The notes under the pieces are model-generated. The model did no database searches. It was not told the origin of the DNA and saw nothing but the letters and a program-made list of their open reading frames with translations. A program made the translations under genes and the position numbers. From Felis catus (lineage: Eukaryota), in NCBI RefSeq assembly GCF_018350175.1, contig NC_058368.1, forward strand, positions 186,560,001-186,624,000: DNA of 64,000 nt, given 5' to 3'. Of this stretch, positions 12,671 to 26,624 are shown piece after piece. Each line of letters starts with the position of its first letter. Position 1 is the stretch's first letter.

Positions 12671-14369
12671 TGTATGTAAAGGTGTCAAAACATACTGCTT
12701 AATTATTTACTGCAAATATTGCTAGGAACGTAAATATCAGAGCAAAGGGTATGCACAGTTTAGACCTCTCTACATATTCCCAAGTGTTCATAAGGAAATC
12801 TGTACAAGCAATGGTAGTTCTATCATTTACCAGAAAGTATGCATAATATTGGCAATATATACAGGAATGAGGAACATTCTTTGCTGTCAAGGAGGTGAAC
12901 AGCTTAACATGTTGAGAATGCACTTACTATGTACTTACATACAGTGTCTTCCTACGGTATTTATTTAGGTGATAATTTCTATGTCAGATGTAATGTGTTT
13001 TCTTTCATGAAGGGGTAAAAACAGAAGCTTTTAATTAGGGGAATAATTTGGCATCCTATCCATTGAATCAACCTGTTGTGTCATATTTTTTTAAAGTGGA
13101 AATTCCAAACAGAAACAATGAAACACTTCTCTAAACATGCCCCATATTAAAAGACTATGCCCCTAATGGTAATAAAAGTGATAAATATGCTATGTTGAAC
13201 AACTTATCATGGAGTTTTATTGACATGAAACTTTCATTATATTTAAATTAAACTTACATTAACTGTTTTTAAATCACATATTTTACAGCCTTAAAAATAC
13301 TGGTTCTATCTTATAAGAGCCAGAAGCTCAGATTATTAGTCCAAAATCTCAATTTTGACCTAGCATATTACATTAAAGGAAAATAATAGATGATAGCATA
13401 TTAAACACCATTGTTTATTTCAGCAAGAAGTAATTAAGATAAAGCTAAAAGTTTTATTTTCTTTTAAAATATAAAAGTCTAAGTAGAGACAGAGGGAGAT
13501 TTTTCTGAAAACATTTAATTTTGGAGGCAAAACTATTATCTAGAAGATCTCAAGAAGTAAGATAAATTAACAAAGTTGAAGATTTTAGCACATTAGCAGT
13601 TACTGTGAAAGCTTAGAGAATTTCATTCCAATAAGTAAAGGAAACTGAATAACCCATAATCACTGATGAAAATAAGCCTTAAACTCTGGTCATTGAAAAA
13701 TAAACTATTAGGTGTCCTTATGTCCTCAGATAACAGACTAAACACATGTGAAACCAACCCCTTACCCTACCATCTTTTCCCCAAACAGAAAAATAAGGGA
13801 AGGAACATAAAGGTATGGAAAATGATATAATTACATTTATAACTTTTCTCACATACATGGCCATGCTCTGAAAGAGGAGAGGGAAAGGTCCATTGATTAG
13901 AAAGGGTGAGGTCTCCAGAGAAGAAAAAAAAAAGCATATGGAAAACCATAGAGATAAATGAGGGTAGAGAGAATGCTGAAGTTTGTGGTTGAATAGCAAT
14001 TCAGGTCCATATGTGAATACAGAACACATAGTGCATTTTACAGGCTTGAAACTTGCATAAGGATAAGACCCTGCACCATATATCCAGAGTGAAAGTCTGT
14101 AGCTGGGAGCAGGATCCAGAAAAATGCCAACGGTTTGTGAAAGGAGTAGGTAGACAGAATGATCCTTAAGAAGACAGTTCTCATTATTTAATAATAAAAC
14201 ACCTGAAATGGCTTATGTTGTTATTTACTTCTTTGGGTTTGTCTTATTAATATTTAATCATTGTCAATGGACTAAGTACATCAATTCAGGTTGAGGAGAA
14301 TGAAAAGAATAGACATTTGGAAAGCGTGCCCCCCCAAAAAAAAGGAAAAAAAAAGGAAAAAAAAGGCAC

Positions 14370-15521
14370 ACAGTGATTATAGAGCTCAGCGTAATAATCT
14401 TCTGTGAGTTTTGACAAATGTCTAATCATGTAACCACCACTGCAATCAGGATGCAGGGCAGTTCTATTACCCCAAATCATTCCTTCATGCTGGCCTTTTG
14501 TAGTCAACCTCTCCCCCATTTTGAATCCCAGGGAACTACTAATCTGTTCTTTGCCCCTGTAGTTTTACATTTTATGGAATGTTGTATAAATGGCATCATG
14601 TAACATGTATCCTTTTGAATCTGGCATTTTTACTTAACATTTTGTATTTGAAAAACATGGATGATGTTGCATATACGGAAAGTTTGTTCTTTCTTATTGC
14701 TGACTAGTATTCTGTTTCATGGATGTACCAGTTTGTGTTTATCTCGTCATCTGTTGAAGAGCATTCATCCAGATGGCTTTCAGTTTTGACAATTAATATA
14801 GAACTGCTGTAACTATTTGCACACAGGAGTAAGATTACTAGGTCACTTGTGAAATGTATGTTAGCTTTATAAGAAATGGTCCAACTGTTGTGCAAATGGC
14901 TGAAAATTTGTATCCCCATCTGTAGTAAGTAGGATTTTCAGTTGCTCTGCATCCTCATCAGCATTTGGAATTGGCAGTTGTTTTTTTTTTTTTTTTTTGA
15001 TGTTTTTATTTTAGCTTTTCTAATGGGTATATAGTGGGATCTCATTTTAGTTTTTAATTTGATTTCCCATGATGACTAATGATGTTTTGTGTCACTTCAG
15101 GTACTTATTTATCATTTGTCCATCTACATTGGCTAAGTGTTCACATTATTTGCCTATTTTTATGGGGTTGTTTGTTGAGTTTTGAGAATTCATTATACAT
15201 TTTTATATTCTGGATACCTGTTCATTATCAGATATGTGATTTGCAAATATCTTCTCCCAATCTGTGGTTTGTCTTTTTACTCTCTTAATAGTGTTTTTCA
15301 TGGAACATAAGTTTTAAATTTTGTTGAGATCCCATTATCAGTATTTTGTTTTATTGCTTGTACTTGTAGGTTTGTATCAATGTCTTTGCCTAACTCAAAG
15401 TCACAGAGAATTTCTCTTATGTTTTCTTCTCCTAGTTTTATAGTTCTACATTTTACATTTAAGTCTGTGACCCATTTTGAGTTAATTTTTATGGAAGGTG
15501 TAAAGTATAGGTGACTTTACT

Positions 15522-15560
<39 letters not shown>

Positions 15561-15985
15561 TTTCATATGGATGTTCCTGTTAATCCATACTATTTGTTAA
15601 AAATAGTATGCTTTCTCCAATGTATTGCCTTTGCATCCTTGTGAGAAATTATTAAGCATTTTGTGTGGGTTTATTTTTAGATTCTTCTATTTCATGATCT
15701 GTGTTTCTATCAATACCATAATACCACCCTTAGTTTGCTTAATAGTAAGGCTTTAAATCAGATAGTAAGTTCTCCAAGTTTGTTCTTTTCTTTCAAAATT
15801 GTTTCATCTGTTCTCATTTCTTTGCTCCCTGTATAAATTTTAGAATCAGCTTGTGCATAGCTATAAAAATTCTGTGCATATATTGGTTGGGATTGAATTT
15901 TATCTATAATCAATTTGGTGGGATTGACATCTTAACAGTACTTTTCAAATCTAGGAACATGGTATATCTCTCCATTTATTTGTGT
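14370..15985 (-). mobile_element. Old L1 (L1MC/MD-like) 3' region, decayed
   Basis: gagttttgacaaatgtctaatcatgtaaccaccac, tctcattttagtttttaatttgatttccc, gatttgcaaatatcttctccca; contains (TTTA)n near 15521-15562. Confidence 0.82.
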
Positions 15986-15991
15986 TTTGGG

Positions 15992-15992
<1 letters not shown>

Positions 15993-16033
<41 letters not shown>
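15993..16033 (+). repeat. (TG)20 microsatellite
   Basis: Direct read. Confidence 0.95.
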
Positions 16034-16035
<2 letters not shown>

Positions 16036-16375
16036 AATGAGATAAAAGGGAGGAAAAAATAAACAACAGAATCACCATTGGAATGGTCTTTCTTCACATT
16101 TTGATTCCCTCCGCAATCTGCATACTCTTCTTACTTTGCATGGTACTTTGGTAGTTTTGTTTACTTATTTTATTCTTTCCATTATATTTAGTTGTGATTA
16201 GTGGGAGAGAGAGCCTGTCATGGGGTTTCTGTATGTTGTTCAGCATTCAAAGTCAGTTGGTTTTAGTTGTGGTTATCTAAATCCTTCTTGCATGGTGATG
16301 GAATGGATTGAGGAACATCCAGAAGTGTGGGTGTGTGTGGGTGTGTGTGGGTGTGTTTTAATTTTTTCAGTTCCA

Positions 16376-16815
16376 GGGGTGCCTGGGTGGCTCAGTCGGT
16401 TAAGTGTCAGACTTTGGCTCAAGTCATGATCTACCGTTTTGGGGTTTGAGCCCCGTGTTGGGCTTTGTTCTGACAACTCAGAGCCTGGAGCCTGCTTCGG
16501 ATTCTGTGTCTCCTTCTTTCTCTGCCCCTCCCCCACTTGTGCTCTGTCTCTCTGTCTTTTTTTTTTTTTTTTTTAAACGTTTATTTATTTTTTTGGGACA
16601 GAGAGAGACAGAGCATGAACGCGGGAGGGGCAGAGAGAGAGGGAGACACAGAATCTGAAACAGGCTCCAGGCTCTGAGCCATCAGCCCAGAGCCCGACAC
16701 GGGGCTCGAACTCACAGACCGCGAGATCGTGACCTGGTTGAAGTCGGATGCTTAACCGACTGCGCCACCCAGGCGCCCCTCTCTGTCTTTCAAAAGTAAA
16801 TAAATGTAAAAAAAC
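16376..16815 (+). mobile_element. Can-SINE host, interrupted by a nested antisense SINE
   Basis: ggggtgcctgggtggctcagtcggttaag... to the (CT) linker at 16559; resumes at 16780 with caaaagtaaataaatgtaaaaaa. Confidence 0.92.
16560..16779 (-). mobile_element. Young Can-SINE nested in the preceding SINE
   Basis: Poly-T then aacgtttatttattttt...cgactgcgccacccaggcgcccc; TSD tctctgtcttt at 16549-16559 and 16780-16790. Confidence 0.95.
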
Positions 16816-17416
16816 TTAATTATTTTTTGGTTTGAATAAACCAATTGTGAGACAATTTTCAAAACATAGGGTTGTTAAATGTAAAGGATACACTTTTTAT
16901 GTGAAAGTTCAAAGGATTTATCTTGGGTAGATAAAGGTTTAGGAGAGAGGGTGGAGCAGACTACTCTTTCTTCTTAAGCCCAATAATATTTATTTAGATT
17001 CAGGAGTTTCTTCTATTTTTGACAGTGCTATGATGTGTCATTTAAAAATAAATGAAATGAAAATTGGTGCAACAATTAGCAGAGTTATTAGGGTCAGTCT
17101 GGTGCATTTCTTAGCAGGCTTTGCCTTGCTGACAACAGGAATTAGCACATGACACTGAATTTCACAGTAGTACCATTTATTTAGCCCAAAAGAGAATACA
17201 GTTTCTGTGTCCAAACGCATCTCAGCTGACGGAGCACTTTCCAGACAGCATTATCTCCCCTAAATCTCAATGAGGTTTATTATGAAAGAAGCATAAATAG
17301 CTTTATCTTCTAATAGAGATAATTATAAAATACTCAATTTTATCTCCAAGAATTGGAAATCACAAAATGTGACCTCTTAAGCACCATATAAATTGCCTAT
17401 TTTATTTCCTATTTTT

Positions 17417-17646
17417 TTTTAATTTTTTTTTAAACTTTTTTTTTTTTTTTTTTTAATTTTTGAGACAGAGAGAGACAGAGCATGAACGGGGGAGGGTCAC
17501 AGAGAGAGGGAGGCACAGAATCGGAAACAGACTCCAGGCTCCGAGCCATCAGCCCAGAGCCCGATGCGGGGCTCGAACTCACGGACCGTGAGATCGTGAC
17601 CTGGCTGAAGTCGGACGCTTAACCGACTGCGCCACCCAGGCGCCCC
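17417..17646 (-). mobile_element. Young Can-SINE
   Basis: CpG-rich body; TSD tttatttcctattttt at 17401-17416 and 17647-17662. Confidence 0.95.
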
Positions 17647-18849
17647 TTTATTTCCTATTTTTAAGGCTATAACACAGAGTCATGCAAAAAGTGTATCTAT
17701 TCCTTTTCATATTTTCTAGTTATGTAATTCGTAAGTCTACAAGGTTGCTTTTAGTATAAATCAAGAAGCTATTTTAGAGATCCTCATTCTATTTTTTTTT
17801 TTTTACAAAAGCAGAGTGCTTCAGAGCAGTTCAGATCACTGACTAAAGTGATCCACTAAAGGAAATTTCATCTACAATTATTTGATATAACTTGAGGATA
17901 TTAATGTTTCTTTTGTTAGAATAGAAGGTTGGTTCTACACTTCTCATTCAGAAGTTAGCCCTATACTGACTTCTGAATAAGATCAAAATTTGTATATTTG
18001 TGAAACAAGGAAAGATGTTTACTTTTTTTGCAGAAGGATTATACTTTTCCCATTAAAACTTTTCAGTGTTTTTAGCAGATAATATCTTACAAGCTGTATT
18101 TCTAAATTATATAACCAAATTAGGATGTATAAATATCAATGAGGGTTGGAAGAATTCAGGGACTTCACAGAGATTTTATTGTGTATCTCATCCACAAAAG
18201 TATGCAAACGTGCAGAAATCCAGTAGGTGTACCTTATTGGATATTCATTCATTCAATCGTTTGTTCATTCATTCACCATTTGTGCCCTAGGACTGTGCTA
18301 GTTTTCAGGTTGCAGAAATGATTAACACATGATTCTGTTTTTTTTTTTTTTTTTTTTTTTTCAAAAGCCCTCAAGTAGGGCACGGTGAAATGATTTTAAA
18401 ATAAATTGGTAATTATCTTTTCCAATGAATATTTGGTCTTTCATTAAATCATTCAAATGAGGGTGAGAGAGCAATTACATAGTGCCCATAGGCATCTAAT
18501 GGATAAAACATGCACAATACATAGTAAATGCTTTATTCATAATATATAGCTATTTGTAGTTTAAAAATTGCATTTGAGTTATACATTTAGTTGTCATAAT
18601 CTGTGTAGATCAGGTATGTGTTGAAAGCCCCATTTATAGTTAAGGGAACTTAAGCAAAAAAGAAGTTGTGTAAATTTACACGCTAGAAACAATTGAGAAA
18701 TACAGGAGCTGAGACTCCAAGACCAGTGCTCACTTTATAGCAACCCATTGTTTCTCAAAAGCTAAGAGCCTGGCCTGATAATTTAGTATCCTGCGATTAC
18801 AATCCTCTTTAAATACTGACTGAGTTAATATTGTTTAGATTACTGAGAA

Positions 18850-19085
18850 GCTACACAAGTCTCAGTGTAAACGTCGCCTCTCCTGGGAAATTCACCCTGA
18901 TTAAATGGGTTAGGATTCTCATTGACAAACTAAGTAATTATTCCTTACCATCTTTCTTCCTGGGTAAAATATAATAATAAATTTTGCCAAGATATGCTCT
19001 CTTCACTTCTGTATTTACAGTGCCTGCTACAGTGCCTGATACATAGCAAGTTTCAGTAAGAATGGGTTTAATAAATTAATATTTG
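18850..19085 (+). mobile_element. L2 3' end fragment
   Basis: cagtgcctgctacagtgcctgatacatagcaagtttcagtaagaatg resembles the L2 terminus. Confidence 0.55.
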
Positions 19086-19165
19086 CCTATATATGAATAG
19101 TATATGTTTCTGGGGTTTGGCTGTATATATTTTCTTTTCTTATGAATACTAAAGTGTTTGCCTAA

Positions 19166-19471
<306 letters not shown>

Positions 19472-20214
19472 TGAATGAAATCGTTATTGATTTTTATTGG
19501 AGGGGAATATTGTGATGTTTTCCTTATTCCTCCTTCGGTTCTGTGATAAGCAGTTAAATCTCCTATCCAGTAGACATCTGAGAGTTTAGGGGAGCATGTA
19601 TACAAAGGGACTTAGTCCTAGCTAAAAATATTTTTTTCTGAATTATCTTCTAACATCAGCTGCTGATCCTAAAGCTGCTTTCTTTAAGGAGTAAGGATAA
19701 ACAATCAAAATAGCTGGGCTATAGTGCTTAATTAGAATGGAAACAAATTATGAATGCTGAATACTTGTTTGAGCATGGCAGATTTCTGTTTCATAAATTT
19801 CTCCTAAGCTGTGTGAATTGGGTCTGGTTCTCTGGTGACAGGAAGGCTTTCTGTGCCCTCTCTCCCTCCAAGGAGTAATCAGACTTGCAAATAAATAAAG
19901 TTGTTATCTCATGTTTACTAATAATGAACTTTCATGTCAGTAAACAGTTGTGGTGCTCTGCTCTTAAGGTGAGGATGGATTGCAAAATAAAAGTTTCTTC
20001 TTTTAAAGTTTATTTTTGTATTAAAAGCAATAGATGGTTTCCTGAAAGAAAAGGGAGAAAAAAGATATCTATCTTACCCTGAAAAATTACCTTATTACAA
20101 TATAAAGGGTTTCTTTGCATTATTGGGAAGAAGCTCTTAATTCTGAAATGTTACATTTTCTCTGACTTATTATTACATAAATGTGTGGTTACCCTATCAT
20201 AATTATGATGGTAG

Positions 20215-20460
20215 CAACAATGGTGTTATTCATTTATTAGGGGTTAGTGGTCAGATATTGAGTTAAATCATCAATGCTTTCCATGCATTGTTATAGTTAA
20301 TCTGTACAACAACTTCATGAGTTAGAAACTGTTACAATTTTTATTTTCAAATGAGGAAACTGAGGCTGATACAACTTGCCTAAAATCACAAAGAAAGTAA
20401 GCTATGAAGATGAGATTTGAACTCAGATCCAAGTTCTGAGTCACAGCTCTTAATCACTAC
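20215..20460 (-). mobile_element. MIR SINE
   Basis: Core ttttcaaatgaggaaactgaggct...aacttgcctaaaatcaca...gatttgaactcag. Confidence 0.75.
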
Positions 20461-20556
20461 GTGGGGATACTTCTCACTCCCACATTTTTCTTATATATTA
20501 TGTCTTGTTTTCATTATCTGGTATATTCTGACAGTCACATTGTTTAGGTGCTTATG

Positions 20557-20761
20557 TTTATTTTTGACAGAGAGAGAGAGAGAGCGCGCGCGCGCGCGCA
20601 TGAGCGGGGGAGGGGTAGAGAGAGAGGGAGACACAGAATCAGAAGCAGGCTCCAGGCTCTGAACTGTCAGCACAGAGCCTGATGCAGGGCTCGAGCTCAC
20701 CGCGCAATCATGACCTAAGCCGAAGTCGGATGCTCAACTGACTGAGCCACCCAGGTGCCCC
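20557..20761 (-). mobile_element. Can-SINE lacking a poly(A) tail, with (GC)8 in its linker
   Basis: Perfect 16-bp TSD tgtttaggtgcttatg at 20541-20556 and 20762-20777. Confidence 0.93.
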
Positions 20762-21096
20762 TGTTTAGGTGCTTATGAACCAGCTTCTTTGTTGATCATA
20801 TTTTTTAGAGAAAGTAGCATTTGGCTACCAAGGGAGAGTGGGTAAGGGTGAGGAACAGAGGTAGCATGATTGTGCTCTGTGTCAGCCATTAGAGGTAAGA
20901 AGATGGACTGGATATGGGCAGTGTTCACATGCGTGTCTTAGAAAATAGAGAAATGCCAAAGAGATAAATTGACTGGCAGTGTCTGCAAAGATTCCACCAA
21001 GGTGGTGGGCTTTGAAAGTGCTAATGGAAAGAACTGTGTTAACAGTTATATTTTGCTAAATTTACCACTTGGAATGACCAATAAAACATTTGGTGT

Positions 21097-21234
21097 GGGG
21101 TGCTTGGGTGGTTCAGTTGGTTAAGTGTCCAACTCTTGGTTTTGGGTCAGGTCATGATCTCATGGTTTGTGGGTTTGAGTCCCCCCTGGAGCTCTTGCTG
21201 CCAGTGTGGAGCCTGCTTGGGATTCTCTCTCTCC

Positions 21235-21286
<52 letters not shown>

Positions 21287-21352
21287 TCTGCCCCTGTTCA
21301 CTCTCTCGCTCTCTCTCTCTCTGTCAAAATAAATAAATAAACTTAAAAAAAA
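21097..21352 (+). mobile_element. Older Can-SINE with a long (CT)n linker
   Basis: ggggtgcttgggtggttcagttggttaagtgtccaactcttgg...aaaataaataaataaacttaaaaaaa. Confidence 0.9.
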
Positions 21353-23720
21353 TTAGGTGTCACAAAGACTTTGATGAGAGGGTGACCATGCAGGCTGTGG
21401 GGGAGATGGGGGATGAAAAGAGGTTTCAGTTCCCACTTTTTAAGAGTTAAGCACAGAGTGTGGTCAGAATCCTGAAGAAGGAGCAAGGAGCCATAGAAAT
21501 AACATTATCCACTCGGCAGTAAATGAGGGGGAGGACTGGCAAGTGTCAAGTTCTGGCAAAGCACCAGACCTAGTGCTGGAGGCATTAGCCCAGCAAATCA
21601 CTTAATTTGCCCAGCAATCATGCAGAAATTACCCTGAGCTCTTCCCATTTCCTTGCAACACCCACCTTGAAAGTAGAGAACAAGTTGTATTCTCCTTTGT
21701 ATATCCAACACTGACAAAGTGCCTACACCATAAATATGCTCAATAAAGGTTGTCAATTCTGAATTCACATGCAAAGTTGAATGGATGGGAAAATCAACAA
21801 TCAAGATGTCTTTGGAATTGAGAAGGCAAAGAGAGGACCAATATAGATGATAAATAAGGCTTCTTTGTATCATTATATACTCAGACAAAAACATTGATGA
21901 CTGCTCAGTCTTATCATTGAGACCAGCTATATGACATTGCTGTAACTCAAACTCACAACAATAGAAAATCATCATTCTCTTATCCCCTCTTCTAACAAGG
22001 GGTGTCGAACACGTCTGACATGCATGAGATTAACACTTCTAGACAGAGAAGGCACATGAATTGTAATTGTTCCAGCAGTTGTATTGTTAATTCTGATTTT
22101 GAAATGGATAACAATTTTTCAAGAAATTTACAAGTATCCTAGTCCACTTTTTACCGATAAATAATAGAATGATTTATTTCATGGCAAGAAGCTTAATGCA
22201 GACCACATACTCCCTTCTCAACTCCAGGAGGTTCATTTGCAATATATAAGTAAAAGGAATTCAATTAAAATGACCATGGTAGGGTTGATTCCACTCTACA
22301 TAGTCACTTTTCCTATTTACCCTAAAACTCCCCTCCCATTGAGATCCATACACATTGGCAGGGACAAGGGAGGTAGAGAGAACATTCAGAGGATCTGAGT
22401 AAATTTCTTTTTGTAGGATTTTCTTTAGTGAAATGTTCAAGCATTAAAACATAGAAAGGAGAAAGTAGTATGCAAAATATTAATGCTTGTTTAATTTTAT
22501 CATTAGTATATAGGATTTCATCGTGCCAGTCTTTCAATTTTTCGGTAGGTTTGAAAATTTTTATGATAAAATTTGGAAAAGGAAAAATGTTATGTGTCAG
22601 AGACATAGGAATATCTGGTTCGAATATCCAGGAAATATCATTTAAGATTTAAAAGTCTGTAGCCAAGAAATGCTATTTTGATCTCTTGGAGGTAGGGAAT
22701 CATCTATATATGTTATTTACTTTCAGGAGTTCTGTCTGAAAATGAGATCAGCACATCTCAAAGGTTATGTGACTCAGGGTGGGATCCTTGACCATAGACA
22801 ACCAGGTTAAGCCATAACCCAGGAAGGAGTGGTCAAAACTCTTCAGTTAAAACCTTGATGACCTCCTTATGAAATCAGTTGTCCTTCTGCATGAGTGGCC
22901 CTTTGCATCTGATTGTACACAGCAGGAACTCTGAGTGCACTCATACTGATACCTTATGTTTGGAGATCAGGAGCTTTGAGGATAGCGCACTAGCTACTCA
23001 GCAGGCTTGCATTAAGATACAGTGGCTTTGAGGAACCACATACATAAATGGATATAAGTGGGCAATGCAACCAACTTCCTTAACAAAGTGTAACGATAAT
23101 GAAACTTAGGTTTTAGTTTGGGCTTTTATAATAAACCTCTCTTTGAACCTTGAGTGCCTTATCCAGGTTTTAATTTCCTCATATATAAAACAGAGGGGTA
23201 AATTAGATGATACCAGTATGCTATGGTTTTTATAACCTGTCATCCTCTGAATCAATAATTAATGAATCTAAAAGAATATATAATCTAACATCAGAGTAGA
23301 AAATGAAATTACATATTTGGAGTAGCATAGTAACTGGTAGATAATAAGTGTTCAGTGCTACTATTTAATGAATAAATTAATGTAGGGATATTTGAAGGCT
23401 GGCACAAGGAAGGCTTCGTATATCAAGGCCGTTGTTTTATATTATAGAATTATACCCCAGTTGTCTTTCACAATTCAGCAAAGTAGAACACCAGGTCCAT
23501 GGTGTAGAATGAGAAGAGTGTCAGAGAGCAAGTGGACTGAAGACAATGGGGAAGGTCTATCCCAGGCAGATCTAGAGTGAAAAAGGGAACCACTAAAAAA
23601 AATGTATAGTGGAGCCCGTTAACTCCAGCCATTGCATTTGGCAGCGTGAGATCTGGAGCAAGGAAAATGGATGCCTGGCTTGAGACCCAAATGGCAAGGC
23701 AGACTTTAAAAGCTGCCCTG

Positions 23721-23882
23721 TGGGTGCCTGGGTAGCACAGTTGGTTAAGCCTCTGACTCTTGATCTTGGCTCGGGTCGGGATTTTGCAGTTTGTGAGTTT
23801 GAGCCCTGCTTCGGGCTCTGCACTGATGGTGTGGAGCCTGCTTGGGATTCTGTCTCTCCTTCTCTCTACCCCTTACCCACTT

Positions 23883-23929
<47 letters not shown>

Positions 23930-23977
23930 GTCTCTCTCAAAATAAATAAGCATAAAAAATGAATGAATAAATAAATA
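23721..23977 (+). mobile_element. Older Can-SINE
   Basis: gggtgcctgggtagcacagttggttaag...; diverged TSD aaaagctgccctgt / aaaactgctctgt. Confidence 0.9.
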
Positions 23978-26354
23978 AAAACTGCTCTGTAGCCCCAGCC
24001 CAGTGCCTCATTTGTTGCATGCACTCAGTAACTTTCATTTAATTAGACATTGTGCAGTTTCTTTTAAAAAGTCTTTCCTTTTCTTCCCCTGATGTCCTAT
24101 CATGTGTGTCTATTTTCTCAACTTATTTAACAGTCTATGGGATACAGGAATGATTAACAAAAGTTATAAATAGTGCCTTTTTGAAACTTAAATTTATAGT
24201 TTGTGGCTAAAGAATAATGAAATCTTTGAATATAGATTCTCACCTTCACTCTTGACTGGTTGATAGCTCAATTTCACCAATTTGATTATAAAATCATATT
24301 CCTCTTGTCTTTAACAATGCTATTTAGAGATTTCTGTCAGGAGATATATATTACTCTGTCAGGAGGAAGAATATTTTCTCAGGACTAACCCAGCTGGATA
24401 ATTTGTGACAAATGAGTTTCTAGTTGATGAAGCCGAAGAATTCCTAGCAATTTACAAAGGAAATATTTCAAACAGAGTAACTATATATTATTCTCAAATA
24501 AGATTGGCCCATTCAAATCATTTTCAGAACAGTTCAAGGAAAAATAATATAGAAAATATTGGATTTCTTTTAGGGAATCCAGCAAACCCCTACCAGGTAA
24601 ACACCAGATTTAATCTGTGGTTGGTATTATAAAGAATGCTAGATAGAATTTATATTGTTATTTACTTACAATAGGAAATATTTGTTGGATTTCAAAAAGT
24701 AAATGAATAATTACATTAAGCAGAAAATTAGGAGGCCTTGTCTTACAATTAATAGTTCTTACAATTACTCATTTAAGTGACTTCTAAATTTTATTCTAGC
24801 TCCCCAAATTTCGTATTCCTATGATTTTGCTAATGGGTGGCACAAATATATTAGGTATATATACTCCCACCTTTCTTTGTGTACATAAGCATTTAACATG
24901 ATATTTCAGTTACTTAGCAATTATATTTATCTCCTTGAAAATATCTGATTGATTAAGAAATCAAAACCAAAATCATTACATTCTGGCATACAAAAAAACC
25001 CCTGAATTATCAAATGATGACATCTTTTTTTAATATAATACATATTTTCATTAACATTTAAGATCTGAATCCAAATTGGACTGCATATTATTTATATCAT
25101 AAGCATTTTATCAAACATTAGAAACTCTTCAACAAACATAATTAAGACAAAAGACTTCCTATCAGGAGGTGGTAGATATTTATTATTAAAAAATTAGAAA
25201 ATACAGTTATGAAAATAAAATTACTCTTAATTCTACCACCTAGAGATAAACACTATCTGTACCTTGCTTTATAGTCTTCTAGATACTTTTCTAGTAAAAA
25301 AGCTTATAGGAAATTTTTTATAGAACAGATTTACATTTTACATACTATTTTGTGACTTGAATTTTTTTCTGTGACAAAGGATGTATCATAAACATGTTTT
25401 CATGTCACTATAACCCTCCTCACCACCATTCTTTAGCCATTATGGGACATATTTGGGATATATTTCTTTATCCCATACAGGATATGGTTTATGGTTTTCA
25501 TATAAGGTGAAATATGTGGTTGTTGCTATGAAATTCAGGACTACCGTTTAAAATTTACTTAATATTTTAGTGACAGGCAAATAAAAAATATAAATTGTGG
25601 CACAATTTATAGTCTTATAGTTGTGCTGTTACAATTTGTAGTCTCACTAGTTAAATAGATGGCTCTGGAGATGTACTAATGCTGATTTTATTAGGCCAGT
25701 TCTTATGGAAAGAATGACTTAGTCTTTCAGTAATAGCTGACCCATCTAAAAATAGCTGTTTGTCTTTTGGTCTGGGGTGGGGGGGCTTGAGTTCATGTGT
25801 CTATACACCTCCCATATGTAGTATTAGATCAGAAGCATGTCACTTCTGATTAAAGGTTCACATTCTTAAAGAAAATTTCAGCAGGAAGCAGAAGGCAATT
25901 CACCCACCTCCTGCTATGTATGTTCTGTCATTGGGAAAATGGCAAAGGATAATGTTAGCTTGTAATGAATTTAGACAGGCAAGATTTTGTTAATTTTGTC
26001 TTCTTCCTCTATTCCTAAAGTTTTACCACAGGATATTAAACAAGCAAATAATCAAGTAGCCATCCCTCACTGAAACATAGTCTATCAAACATTAAAATAT
26101 CAAGTTCTACTCAGATTTTCTAATTGCTTTAATTAATTTTCTTAGAGATATTGATTGCATTTGGTCAAGCAGAAAAACAGAAATTTTATTAAGAATATCA
26201 GTCCTAATGGCCAGGGTGCGACGCCCTGCTCTCTAGACTTTCTCATTCTTCTGAGAAGGAAAAATCATCTTCACCTTTCTCCAACTCTGTGGGAAACAGT
26301 GCATGCAATCATAGTGTTTTATAGAATATATCCAGTCCAAGGAGCTATAAATAA

Positions 26355-26378
26355 TTTTTTTAGTGTTTATTTACTTAT

Positions 26379-26417
<39 letters not shown>

Positions 26418-26582
26418 AAGCAAGGGAGGGGCAGAGAGAGAGAGGGGGAGAGAGAATCCTGAGCAGGCTCCTCACAGTCAGCCCAGAGCCTGATACAGGG
26501 CTCGATTTCATGATTTGTGAGATCATGACCTGAGCTGAAATTAAGAGTTGAATGCTTAACCGACTGAGCCACCCAGATGCCC
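26355..26582 (-). mobile_element. Older Can-SINE
   Basis: (GA)n linker, ends gactgagccacccagatgccc; diverged TSD gagctataaataattttt / gaactgtaaataattttt. Confidence 0.9.
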
Positions 26583-26624
26583 TGAACTGTAAATAATTTT
26601 TATAGAGATTTCTTGCTTATTATT

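Noticed and set aside
16376..16460. tRNA genes suggested by A/B-box-like heads
   Set aside because: They are tRNA-derived SINE heads followed by SINE body and tail.
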